This document shows positions 28,457 to 43,170 of a DNA stretch of 64,000 nt, piece by piece. Location of the stretch: NCBI RefSeq assembly GCF_009914755.1, contig NC_060927.1; one strand, 5' to 3'. The stretch's first letter is position 1. The number at the start of each line of letters is the position of its first letter. The position numbers were made by a program, and so were the translations under genes. The notes below the pieces were generated by a model that saw only the letters and a list, made by a program, of their open reading frames with translations, did no database searches and was not told the DNA's origin. This DNA comes from the human T2T-CHM13v2.0 reference genome, Homo sapiens.

Positions 28457-29449
28457 ACACTGCTTCTGTGTTTCCTTCATATATTGTTCATGCTTTTTAT
28501 ACAAGGCATGCATAAATAATTGCCTATAATGATTGACATATAATCATTTATAAATGTTATACATTGTTAACACATTATTTCAAAATTCTAATTTTCTTCA
28601 GCATGTGTCTTAACTTTCTTCAATTCATGGCATGTTATGGAGACCATGGATTTTATCAAAAAGAAATAAGTTAACTTGAGAAAGAAGACATATGCTTCTG
28701 AGACTCAAAGGCAAGGTGAAGATAATACATTGGCACATAAGGATTTATAAACAGCCTTTATACGAATTCCCACAAATATTAAGTGAAAGAGGAAACTAGA
28801 ATTTAGAATTTCTGACACCTGAGTCCAGTGGTTTCATCCCTACACCAGAGACATGTCTGTTAACACTGCGCCTTAATGCAAACTTTGGACTCGCTTTTAT
28901 GACCACAGGACAAGAAAAGCTTGTCTCAAACATCTCTAATGCGTGCAAAGCCTGTGCTACAGGGTTACAGTGGAAGAAACAGAATGGATAGTTCATTATT
29001 AGACACCCTATAATTACCCTGCCAAACTTTCCAGAATCTACAAGGGTATGTAAAATGGTCATTTCTTTAAGGTTACAGCCACAATTCTCAACCCAAGATG
29101 AGAGTCCTCTTTCCTATGGAGTTCAGTGTTCCTCCCCCAAGATCAACTCACTCCCTCAATTGCTGGACATGCCTGGGTCTTTTCATTTGAGGCCACCCCT
29201 CAGGCTTCCACTTTTGTTGTAATCGTGGAATAAATTATCTTTTGTCCTCTCCATAATCCCCTTGACTGCACTTCCCAGGATTCCACTCCTTGTCCTCATT
29301 CTGATATGGGTATTTCATGATTCAGATCAATTCTTTATGTCGGTAAAGGGGTCAGACTTTTCTCACTGGAGATCTGGGGTACCTTTCCGAGTATCTCATG
29401 TGTTACTATGGGCAAAGTCTGTGCTTTGGAATTGCCAAATGTCTTCTAC

Positions 29450-29598
29450 TTTTTTATTATGCTTTAAGTTCTAAGGTACATATGCAGAACGTGCAGGTGT
29501 GTTACATAGGTATACACGTGCAATGGTGGTTTACTGCACCCATCAACCCGTCATCTACATTAGGTATTTCTCCTAATGCTATCCCTCCCCAACCCCCA
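29450..29598 (-). mobile_element. Very short 5'-truncated L1PA 3' end
   Basis: ctttaagttct...gcacccatcaacccgtcatctacattaggtatttctcctaatgctatccctcccc; TSD tg(t/c)cttcta(c/t)tttt. Confidence 0.9.
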
Positions 29599-30029
29599 TG
29601 CCTTCTATTTTTATTCCATCTTATATGTAAGCTAAATAGCTAGAAAATGAATAAAGACAGGTAGTCTCTGCTCTACCATAGAAAGAAAATTATAAAGATA
29701 CTGGGGCACTCAATGCTTACTTGAAACTCAGATAATTCCAATTCATTTTCCTTATGTGGCTTAAGCTCCTCCCTCCTGCTTTATGGCTGGTTTTCTTAGT
29801 CTACTCTTGATCTCAAATTAGTAAATTTCATATTATAACCACACATCAGCAGAATCAGACATTGCAACCTGTTCATGTTTCAGACAATATTTATATTTAA
29901 TTTGTATATTATTTATTTTTCATTCTTTTTTCTTTCTGCCTGCTCAAGCACACCTTTTATCATTTGGGACATCTGCCTGGGTGTGTTTGCACTATTGGTG
30001 GAAAAGATAGCAATGACACATTCTCTTGA

Positions 30030-30406
<377 letters not shown>

Positions 30407-30869
30407 TTGCCCATGATTCTTAATAGGAAATATGAATTTAAATATAAAACACATAGGCAAATATGCACTCCATGGTAAAGAATCAGAATTTTCTTGTCAG
30501 TTCCCTTTAGAAATACTTAGAGCTGTTTGTTTTTCCAAGTACTGGCAATTAAAACTGTGGAGAATGAAAAATTAAACAGCTTTACAATCTACTCTTTCAT
30601 TAAATAAGTTTTTAATTGAAAGTGAGTATCTGTGCAGTAGAGTGAGCTTTAGAGTCCCAAAGACCTCAACTTTCTTCTTAGCTTTGCTCCTGATTACTGT
30701 GTCTCTTCCCAAGTCATGTAACCTTTCTGCAAACTTAGGATTTTTAATGTATATTCTCTATGTGTATTTAAGACTCTAAATCCACCCGTTATATATTTAC
30801 ACCTCAAAAAGAGGGTCCGTTTTACTCATTAGGACTTTTATATGTGCACCATACTTTGGAATTATTATA

Positions 30870-31500
30870 CTCCTTATTCATTCAAAAATTATTTTTTGAA
30901 GGCTTCATTTTTGATAGGTGTTCCCCTGGCCATCACAGAGCTTAAATTCTAGTGGGAGAGTAGGACTTGAGATAACTGAATCTATGACCGCAATGATAAT
31001 TACTGATGATTATATATACTGTGAATGAAAAGAGCAGGCTGCTCTTAGGGAGCATCACGGAAGGAGAAAATTCAAATTGGTGGGGTGGTGTGTCTGTCGT
31101 CATTCGAGTTACATTTCTTCATCAGAGAAAATGCAAGAAGGTTGAACCTGAAGAATGAGTTAGGAGAACTGAAGCAAAACAAACAAACAGAAAATATTCT
31201 GGGCAGAGAGAATAATATACACTAAGTCCTTTCACTGGAATTAAGTTTGGATTCCCCAAGAATGCCAGGATAGATAAGTCATATTCAAGAGAGACTAGCT
31301 AAAAAATTCAAAACATAGCCAGGCCAGATACTATAGGGCCATGGGAAGTCTTTGAAGGATGTCTTACATCAGACCACATAATCTGCTTTGCAGCTTCTAC
31401 AAAGATCGTTCTGGTTGCTCCGTGCAGAATTATTTGGAGGGAGGCAAAAAATGGATGTGGCGAAACCAGTTGAGATGCTACCATGGCATCCTCTGCACGA
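30870..31500 (-). mobile_element. L2 fragments
   Basis: ttattcattcaaaaa...cctggccatcacagagcttaaattctagtggg...aaagatcgttctggttgct. Confidence 0.55.
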
Positions 31501-31987
31501 TGCAAGTCCATTAGAACAATAATAACAATGATAACGGCCAAAACGTTAGAACTTAAAAATGGTAGCCACTGGTCTTTGTGCTTTAGGTGTTATTAACTGG
31601 TTAAACATATCTGAGACAGGTGAGGGCATTGGGATGAGAAGGGAACAAATTACAGAAATATTACCGGTATTATTAATTTTATTATTATTACTTCTTATTA
31701 CATATATTATATATTGCATTACTTATATTACAGGTAAGATTAGCCAACCAGAAAACAAACCTGATACGAAGTATAAAAAGTGAGGGAAATACAAGTATTA
31801 AAGAATAACACTTAAGGTTCCAATTTGTGCAACCAGGTAGATAAATAGTTCCCAAGAAAAGGAAAATTTGTGGAGAGGCATGTTGCACAGCGAATGCCCT
31901 ATTTTTGACATTGAGATGCCTGTTTGATTGTCTCAGCAGACCTATGAGGTTGGAGATGATCATCCCTACACTAGAGATGATAAACAT

Positions 31988-32230
31988 CAGAGTTTGAAGT
32001 CATCTGGGCAACACAGCAAGACTCTGTCTCTACAAAAAACAAACAAAAAAAATAGCCAGAGGTGGTGGCACATGCCTGTAGTTGCACTACTTGGGAGGCT
32101 GAGACAAGAGGACTACTTGAGCCCAAAAGTTCAAGACTGAAGTGATCTATGATCCTACCACTGCACTCCAGCCTGGGTGACAGAGTGAGACCCTGTCTGT
32201 TAAAAAAAAAAAAGAGAGAGAGAGAGAGAG
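31988..32230 (+). mobile_element. 5'-truncated AluJ with (GA)n tail
   Basis: J-type right arm (cttgagccca...tatgatc); A tail followed by a GA repeat. Confidence 0.88.
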
Positions 32231-33249
32231 AAAAGATAAGCATCTAGTTGCATGGAAATGAGAATAACATTTTCAGGCACTTCTGCAGGCACTCGGATGG
32301 GTGGGCCTGACATCCCTATAGACATTTCTGAGTACACTATGTAGGAGACTTCGGTATTTTATTTCTCTTCCTGCTCCAACCACCAACACACAAAAAGTAT
32401 GGTGATCCCATAAGCTAAACTTGAATAGAGAAATTGCCATTAAAATTACTTATTTTAAAAAATTCATCCATCAATTTTTTAATAATTATATCAAAGTTTC
32501 ATATAGTTTCATTTCAGAAGTCAGATGAAGCAATAGAACATTTTCTAAGAATTTTTTTTTCCTAAATTATAAACATGGTCCTAGATATTATGGAGAGATC
32601 TGAGTTGTGGAAAGACAGCAATTTACTCACATTCTTATTAATTATTTTGTAGATCACTTTTATACTATCTAAAGAAGGGTAGGTTTTAAAAATATTTATT
32701 GATAATTTCTTTAAAACTCTAGGAGAAATTAGCATTACAAAAACAAAACACATATAGGGTCTCAGTTAAGTCAAAGTCAGCAGATTTATGTCAAAAAAAA
32801 AAAAAAAAACTTCAACGCCTGAACTCATCACTGAGTTGTCATGGCAACCATTTCATTTTTCTATTGTGAGGAGACAATTAGGTGCTAACCTGGGTGTTAG
32901 CACAAGCTGTTTGAAAGATAAGCTCCCATCTTTACAAAAGAGGCAGAGTTGTTGGATTTTCATTGTTGCCACAGGCTCTATAGGAGTTATTATTGACAAT
33001 TATGCTTTATGGTTTAGTGAATATATCAAAGATGGGTTAGAGAAAATGTAGGTGGCCACCCTCAGGACAGCAGAGTCCACTCCTCCTCTCTTGAGCCAGT
33101 TTAGGAAATACTTACTGCAGGGAAAGTGTGTGCCCTGGGAGCCTCAGGCTCTTTCCCCTTCCCACCGAGTACCTTTTGCCTTTCTGTTTTCTGTGATTAT
33201 GCCAGGCATGGAGCCAAAGATTGGAAATGGAATCTCTATCTTTGTGTGT

Positions 33250-34460
33250 CCAAGACTTCCTTATTTAACATCACCAATTAAGTCCCCTCTATTTGCCACC
33301 CACAGTGGCAGACACTGGAGATACAATGGTGAGCTAACTAGCTATGCTTCCTGGTGGAGGAGATACACTACTCTCTCTCCTCCTCCTCCCTTTCTCTCTC
33401 TCTCTTTTACGCACATGTACACATTTAAATATGGAGGCAAAAGTTGCTTTGAGAACTTGCCTAACAGAACAGTATTCCCTAGTCTTGGTTAGAAAAGTCT
33501 TTGCTGAGAAAGTGAAGCTTAAGTGGCTCTCTGAAGGATGAATAGAAGATAACAAACTGGGTGGGGTAGAAGAACATACTAGGGGAAGAAGAAAGCACAG
33601 GCAAAGGCCTTGTGACAGAAGGAAATACAGCATATTTAGGAATATGAAAGAAGACAGAGTGGCTGTGGGGACCATCATGAACTGAGAGATAGAAGTTGAG
33701 TGACTTCGAATTTTGCATGGATTTCTCAAATGAGTGAGGACCACTTCATTCATCAAACATACATTGAACTTGTTTCTTGCTCCAGGTACTAAGATGCAAG
33801 ATAATGTAAATATGGCCCATGCCTTTGATTTCATTACTTCTAGATGCTCCCTCAATCCCTGATTCCCACAGTGTATTCTGGTTCTCTACCTATTATATGT
33901 TACTACTTTTCATTTTGTATTCAAACTCAGACTTACAGGATTAAATAAAATGTTGGAGATGACACAGTTAGCAAGTGGCATAAGCCCGCATCCAAATCCA
34001 GCATGCTTGACGCCAATTCTATTGCACTTGTCATATCTTTTGCTGTACAATATATAGAACATATGGAATGTTAAGTCTAGCAAGGGGACACGTATAAAAG
34101 AAATATGCAGCGAATAATCACAAATTGTGATTAGTGAAACAAAGGAAAATAATACATCCTATAAGCGAGTAAAACAAGATGGGCATAATTTAGACTTGAA
34201 GGCCAGAAAAGGCTTCCCCAAGGAAGTAAGGCAGAGTCCTGAAAGACAAGTAGGAGGTAGCTAGGTAAAGATGGGTGGGAATAGCATCTAAGGCAGAAGG
34301 AACAACATGTGCAAAGGGCTTAAGGATGGATGGAGCATGGCTCATTTTAGAGATTTAGAGAAGGTAAGGGAAGTCAGAAGGAGGACCCCACAGAGTTCTT
34401 TGGGCCATGTGAAGGAATATTATCTTCATCCAAAGTGTGGTAGAAATTTGAGCTAATGCA
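33250..34460 (-). mobile_element. Cluster of L2 fragments with an embedded MIR piece
   Basis: Repeated L2 antisense hallmarks such as aaaggcttccccaaggaag and ggaacaacatgtgcaaaggg. Confidence 0.5.
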
Positions 34461-37400
34461 GCAGGACAGAGTTTTAAAGAAGAAAAGAATGAGACCTAGA
34501 AGAATCCTGCCTCTCAGGGTCTGGCAAGGAGTCGAAGAACATGTGGAAGACAAATTCAGAGGAGGTCAGGGGATAGAAGCCTGACGACAGGCCCTAAAGA
34601 GTGAGTGGTCAGGAAATAGGACTTTTTAGATCCCTCAGCCAACACCTTGGTAACAAGAGGAAAGGGAAATGGGTCTTGGGAAGGCAAGATCAAAGTCATA
34701 AACTGCTCAGCTCCTACGCCTGGCCAGGCTTACTCTCACTGCATCTGCCTTGGCAGGATGGGCATCATTTTCCTGCCCAATCTCAAAGCTCTCACTGTTC
34801 CATTTAGAGGCATGGACTGAATGACTACTTGTTTACACTTTTGTCAACAGTGCAACAGTGTCATTTCAATTATTTGCTCTTCTTGGGCTTAAACCATTAA
34901 ATAGCAGAGGGGCGTAATGAGGGGTTTTGAGTGCACAGTCACCCCAATGGGCAATTCAACTAGCCTAGGTTCCAGCTGTTGAAGTGATTTGCCCATCATC
35001 CAGAGACAACACACGGCACATTACCTAGATGTGCTTCAGTGTGCCAGGCGCTCAGGGTGGAGAATGGGGGAGCCTGCCTCTACCCACAACCATGTTGCCA
35101 CAGTGGTGATCATGGAAAGGCAGGAAAACAAAGACATATACAGAGAAAAGTGTGGACTAGTGCAAGGTGAAAAGAGGAAGCTGAAGGGCAGGAAGGGAGC
35201 TATCATAGCTTGGTGGCAGGACAGGAAAGATGCAGTCCAACAGCAACAGAGGAAGATCAGCAAACATAAGAGCCAGTATTAACAAGAGGAAAGAGAAGGC
35301 TGGGATGAATCCGATCATCAAAACCTGTCAAAGTTCATCAGAAAGCCATTGTCGATGGCTTTGAAAACTGAGATAAGAACATACTTTGTTTCTGTGAGAA
35401 TCTGACATTGTCTTCTTGTCGATGACACTGTTGGATCTAGTTTTAATGAACCCTTTACAAGTTGAATAGGCCCAAGAAATGCTTAGGACATTTGCTTTTT
35501 AACTATTTATTTGACATCAGTGTTTTCCACTTGATTCTTCTCTTTTTATGTTCATTAGAACTATGAAGATTACTTTAAAATTTGGCAAGATTTGACAGCA
35601 TTGTACTAATACAAATGGAATATTTCACATCTTTAGAAACTGATTAAGCTCAGATTTAATTTCTTTTAAACTTACTGGTTGACTTGTAAAGTAACACAGA
35701 ACTTCATGGTGTATTACCCAATATATTCCCCAGTGAGGTACAAGACAGCATTTTCACATTATAAGACAGAATCTGACATAGCTTCCTACAAAAAGGCTAG
35801 TAGTTCCGTTTTGATGAATATGGCAGAGGATTAAAGGGAGCCCATGGATTCTGGCAGGAGTCGTCTCTCCAGGATAACTATAGGGAAAATGCTGTGCTTT
35901 TGTACATTAAATCACTGCAAGGCAGAGATCTAACATTTTTAGTGCTCTCAAACCAGCAGGAATGGTCAATAACCTTTTAGATAACACAACAGGGCAAATA
36001 GTACCTGGTATTGGCTACATAAGAGAGTAAAATTCCTACCTTGCAATTGGAGAGGGAAAACATCTTGAAATCAAAATTGAGGAGTCAGAGAGCTGCTAGG
36101 GAAGAGAAATTCTGTGTACCACTGAATGTGTAGGCTGTGCTTGCACATGCCCAGCAAAATCAGTAGTGACTTTCCTGGAAGACTTGGCCACCAAGACGGT
36201 CTGCAGCTTATTAGGATGGCATGGGTTGGGGATGAACTCTAAACTTTTCCAAGGATGTGGTCAATTGGAATAACAGCATTTCTCTGATTACACTATTTGG
36301 GAATAGACACTGCATCAGGCTTCCAGTCAGGAGAGCACAGCACTGAGATGCAGGTGATTCCAAGCATGAACATAATCACTTATCTCATGCTCCAGAAACT
36401 GATTTGCATTCACCTGGAGCGCTCGCCTTACGTCTATCCAAATAAAGAATGCAGTTGTGTGTAGCCTTAATATCATGTCTGCCTGGAGATGTTAAATGAG
36501 AAAAACAAAACACAGTGAAACTAGGTCTTGTCCAATACTCATCTAGTTGCCTCCATTATTTATAATTCTATGACCAGATGCCTGTCCCACGCTATTTGGT
36601 GTGTGAGTGTATCTCTATCTGTCTATCTGGCATCTATTCAAAGTTAAGAGATCTAAGTAGAATAGCATAAAAATTATCTGCAGAGTATGAGGCCATCTAA
36701 TAATGACACTTGCAATTTCTGGCACCAGTATGTGACAGGGACTGTGTTACCTACTCTTTACACATGATTTCTTTTCATATTCAGAACTGTGAGGAAGTCT
36801 TTGTGGTAATGGTAAATGAGGTAGGAGTTTATATCAGACATTCTAGTAACAAACTTCTTGGCATTGAATCTTGATTTTATCATTTGCCTGAGGTAAAGAA
36901 ACTTGCCCAAAGTCACCCACTAATAATCCAAGGCCAAAGTCTGAAATCAGTTTTAACAACAAAAATATTTTTCCTCCCTTGAATCCTCTTTCTAAAGGAT
37001 GCAAACTCCCTCCCCTGCCCCGGGGGGAGGGAAACAGTATTTTTTTTTTCCATTATATACTGGGTTCTTCCATCATCATGTATTATTTCATACTTTAGCA
37101 AAAACCCTCAGAGTACTGACCTTCAGGATGGCTGAAAGAATCCCAATTGCAAACATTCTGTCTCATTCTCAGCTATGTGACATTTACTTCACAAATATGT
37201 GAGCACTCCAATTAGGAAGCAATGGTTACAGGTAGTGAAGACAGAAAACACTGGTCTTAACTGCCAGGAACTTTCATTGCAATGTAATAATGTGAATGTT
37301 TCAAACATCTGTCAGATAATAATGTACCCTTCCTCTTTACTGTGACAACATTGGCTACATTTTTCATTTTTATTACATAGTCACTGGGATTTCATAAGAA

Positions 37401-37508
37401 TTGTGAAACTTCTCTGATCCCATCCATAGACTCCATTAAAGCCTTTTTGTCTTAATTCTCAACTGTCACCTGGGAACATACAAAACTGGTTTATTTCTCA
37501 TAAAATAG

Positions 37509-37834
<326 letters not shown>

Positions 37835-39127
37835 TTGAATATACTTTCAAACAAAATGGAAGCAAACTAAACGAGATGTTCCCCCTAAAACAGGCTGTTG
37901 TTTTTCAGTGGATTTCATAAGAAGAAAATCATTTTAAAATGTATTAAGATTGAATGAAAAATAACAGTGTAGAAAATAAATTATTTCATGTTATAGCCAA
38001 TAAATAAATCAATAACTCTAACATCCTTGATGAGTGGTTGTTACATGCTAGTAACTGTTCTGTGTATTTACAGAGACCATCATTTGATCCCAACAGCGTT
38101 ATGAGATAGGTATTACTGTCATCCTCGCTCCAGTAATGAGGAAACAGAAGCACACAAATAGAAAAAATGCTACTAATAGACTACAAATAATAGCTTTTCT
38201 TGAAACAGTGCTAAATGCCAAGAATATTGATCATACCTAATACTTGCTTCAAGTGTCGAACTTTCTGATTCACCAGAATTTCATAAGTGCATACTCTGCA
38301 GCAGACATCGTGTTTATTTTCCAGTCATTTCTTCTGTAACATGACATAGGTTCTTAAAAGGTCACCTTGCCATTCAAAAGTTTCCCATGAAAAAACACAG
38401 GACTTACAGGAAACCGGGTTAGAGATACAACACTAAGAAACATCATCAGTGACAGTTAAAAAAAAAAAAAAAAGACCAGAACCTAATAAAAATAGTGGCA
38501 TGATTTTACATATGTTTAATAGCTAAGAAACCCATGAATACTACAATAAATGTATCACTTTACCTGATAAAAAGTGACCTGAAATTTTTTTCATGGAAGT
38601 GGATGCCAGCAGGATTGCTGCAGGAGGTTGATTGTAAAACTGTGGAAGAGGCAGGCTTACAGGCAGATGCTGGAATCATGGGTGTGAGTGTGCATTTTGT
38701 GTATTCCCACATAGCTGACTTCTGCAAGCAGCAGCTTACCGTGTTCACCTAGTGTTTCTTGCAGAAGAAATCACATGTTTACAAACATGAACTTTGTGGT
38801 ATACTCAAATTGCTTCCTAATAGATCAATTTCTTCAGGATGAATTTGCAGTTTCAAAGCAACTACACAGCACACACTGACCTCTCCTAAGCAGACCAGGT
38901 TAAGTACTGTATGAGCCATAACTTCAGAAAGGGGCAAATAAAGGAATTATCCTGACTGGGGAGATGGGGAATGGTTTATGCAGAGGATGCCTGTGGATTG
39001 AGCATCAAATATAACAATAGTATCAGGGGCAGAGCAGTGAGCAGAGGAAGGAAAAGCAAGAGACAATATACACTATGAAGAAATGATTTTGTGGGCAAAT
39101 AATGCATCATGAATTCTTTAGTAGTTG

Positions 39128-39431
<304 letters not shown>

Positions 39432-39435
39432 TGAA

Positions 39436-39640
39436 TATTTATTTTTTAATTGACAAATACAAATTGTATAATATGTATACATTATGGGATGGCTAAATCA
39501 AGCTAATTAACATACTCATTTATCTCACATATTTTTGTGTGTGTGGTAAGGAAACTTAAAAATGGCTCTCTTAGCAATTTGCAAATATAGAATGCATTGT
39601 TATTAATTATAGTCACCATGTTGTGCAACAGATGTCTTTC
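39436..39640 (-). mobile_element. L1MA-type 3' end
   Basis: aatcaagctaattaacata...ctcttagcaattt...tatagtcaccatgttgtgcaa. Confidence 0.75.
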
Positions 39641-40942
39641 TTGCCTTCCTCCTGCAACTAGAATGGAGCTTTCTGATGGCGGGAAGCATGCCTGGCGTGT
39701 CACCCTTGCGTGCACAGCACATACGCCAGTCCAGGCACTTGTATCTCAATAAAAATGGCGAACTTAGTGTGCTTTAAGTTTGATCAGATTTAAAAAGATA
39801 AAAGTACCAAAACTAAAAAATAGGTAAACCCATAAATGGATGACTGTACAAGTAGTGGAAGAGTAAGGTTTTTCATATACAGCCTATCTGAAAACTACAG
39901 CTAACAGTGATTTACCAAACATGGTCAAGCATTAACATCCCCTAAACCAATGGTTTGACACCACGAAATAGCCGCATAACACTTTTCTGAGTAAATTAAA
40001 TTTTTATATAGATAAAAGTGGTGATTCATTAGTATTCATATATTGTTACATCATTTTTATGGAATTATTAAAGACATCAATAGTAATAAGATGATTTCTC
40101 AAAAATGTGAAATTGGGTTTTTCCTGATAGTTCTAGTCTTATGTCTATCCCTGTGCCCTGTGAATTATTTTTCTTGACTTCCTTTTGTGTTTTTGAACAG
40201 TACTGAGAATATTCTGGTTTTCAAAGTTGAAGACCCATCATTATTACAACTATTAACAGCTTTCCTTGAAATCTATCAGAATATTCTTCAATTAAACTGA
40301 TTTTGAAACCTACACAGGAGAGCTGGCAAATTCCAGAGTTGGTTGTGAGCACTATGTAACAAGTTTTCAAATTTCTTAACATCCTAGCAATTGAAAATTA
40401 GACACGGAACTCAGTTAGCACTAAATGTTATATGATCTTATAAGGCAATAAAGGCATCTTGTGATATGCATTCATATTTTATCCAACAATGAACTATTTA
40501 GGCCAAGATGAGAAAATGGCATGGAGCATGTTCAACTGAGCTTTGCCTGGCATTGAATTCACCACATATTTATGCACTTTAATAGAATATTTGCTGGTAC
40601 ATTTCTATCTGACTAGACATGAATAGGAGTGGGCTTTATAAACACTATTACTTAATCAACAACCTATACATAAAGAGTTTAAAATATATAAAGTGGTTAC
40701 AGTGAAAGCCGTATCCTTAGATCTAAACCCCAGAAACCTAACCTGGCAGAAAATAAATATTAACAGATAACATTTCCTGGGTACTTATTTTCCAGGCTTT
40801 CTGCTAAACCATTTTCATATATTAATTGGTTACTTCTTCGTAATGACCACATGAGGTACAAACTATTATGATTTTGATTTTACAGTTCAGAAAACTGAAA
40901 GACAGAGAGAATAGTTATAGCTATGGGTTCTGCACATCGGAC

Positions 40943-41020
40943 TTTTTTTTTTGTCGCCCAGGCTGGAGTGCAGTGGCGTGATCGTGATCTTGGCTCAGTG
41001 CAAACTCCGCCTCCTGGGTT
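40943..41020 (-). mobile_element. Short Alu right-arm fragment
   Basis: T-run joined to gtcgcccaggctggagtgcagtggc...cctcctgggtt. Confidence 0.85.
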
Positions 41021-41322
41021 ACAAATAAAGGAAAGTGATGTGAAATACCTAACCTTAAACAGGGCAGTGCATTATACAATAAGCATCAGGTAAAATAATA
41101 ACCATGGGACTAAATATAGATATGCTAGAATTTACTAAAGAATGTACTAAAGAAGATGGTGGGGTGAAAACTCATAACTTCAGTGTGAGCCTCCTACCTC
41201 ACCAAAAGCCAAAGAGTCAGTAGCCTAGCTTCCCTGCTAGGCTTAGTGGGAGCAGGTCCCTGGGGACCAATACCTCTGAGATCTCTGTGGACTGAAGCCT
41301 TCTTAGCCTTCATACCTACATA

Positions 41323-41902
<580 letters not shown>

Positions 41903-41919
41903 TACTTATTAAAAAATAA

Positions 41920-42234
41920 GGCTGGGCATGGTGGCTCACGCCTGTAATCCCAGCACTTTGGGAGGCCGAGGCAGGAGGATCACGAGGTCAGGAGATCAAG
42001 ACCATCCTGGCTAACACGGTGAAACCCCGTCTCTACTAAAAATACAAAAAAATTAGCCGGGCGCGGTGGCACGTGCCTGTAGTCCCAGCTACTCAGCAGA
42101 CTGAGGCAGGAGACTCGCTTGAACCCGTGAGGCAGAGGTTGCAGTGAGCTGAGATCGCACCACTGCTCTCCAACCTGGGCAATAGAGGGAGACTCTGTCT
42201 TTAAAAAAAAAAACAAAAAAAAAAAAAAAAAAAA
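41920..42234 (+). mobile_element. AluSc/Y-like
   Basis: Full dimer with a long A tail. Confidence 0.95.
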
Positions 42235-42239
42235 CTTAC

Positions 42240-42465
42240 ATATTACTTATTAATACTATGTGCTAGGCCCTACACTAAACACTTTACAAATACTTATTTA
42301 ACCATCAAGCAAGACAACATTATGAGGTAGGTACTATTTTTATGCTCATTTTGCAGATACCGAAGCTGAGGAGAAGTAATTTGTCCAAGGTCACAAAACT
42401 AGTAAATGGGAATTGAACTCAGATAGACTAGCTCTAGAATCTGCATTCTTATCCACTGTGCTATG
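42240..42465 (-). mobile_element. MIR
   Basis: tatgaggtaggtactatt...cattttgcagat...gtccaaggtcaca. Confidence 0.8.
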
Positions 42466-42696
42466 TCAAGAGGATTCAGGGATGGAGGGGCTGTAGAAAA
42501 AATATGATTAGTGAAGTTTATTTCAGTTTTCACATACTTTCGAAGTGTCACCAGAGACTGCAAAATTTTTTAAATGAAAATCAAAGTCTTGATGGTCTCT
42601 AGTTTAAAAATGATGAAACTAAACACTTCATAAAATAAACATGATAGTTGTAGAGTCCTAAATTGCTAAGTAGTCTTTGTTAAGAAAAAGTATGTA

Positions 42697-43170
42697 TGTT
42701 ACTGGGTACATAGTCAAAAGACAACAAATTGTTCCACCAAAAGACGCATGTACTCACAGCACTTTTCACAATAGCAAAGACATGGAATCAACCTAGGTGC
42801 ATCGACAGTGGGCTGGATAAAGAAAATGTGGTACATATATACCATGAAATATTATGCATCCATAAAAAAGAACAAACCATGTTGAACTGTAGGCCATTTT
42901 TCTAGGTGAATTAACACAGAAACAGAAAATCAAATACCTCATGTTCTTACTTATAAGGTGCAGCTTAACATTGGGTAGTCATGGAGATAAAGATGACAGT
43001 AGACACTGGGGCCTAATAGAAGAGTGGGCAAGGGTTGAAAAACTAAATATTAGGTACTATCTTCAGTACCTGAGTGTGGAATTATTCATACCCCAAACCT
43101 CAGCATCATGCAATATACCCATGTAATAAACCTGCACATGTACCCCTGAATCTAAAAGTTGAAAAAAGAA
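42697..43170 (+). mobile_element. L1PA16/L1PB-like 3' end
   Basis: caatagcaaagacatggaatcaacc...ggataaagaaaatgtggtac...aaacctgcacatgtacccctgaatctaaaa. Confidence 0.88.

Noticed and set aside
33052-33855. Longest ORFs in the window (146 aa +, 173 aa -)
   Set aside because: Lie on L2 remnants and low-complexity sequence; no recognisable protein similarity.
37007-37049. 9-bp GC stem-loop followed by a T run, resembling an intrinsic terminator
   Set aside because: Not meaningful for Pol II in a primate intron, and I saw no Pol III A/B boxes upstream; likely chance.
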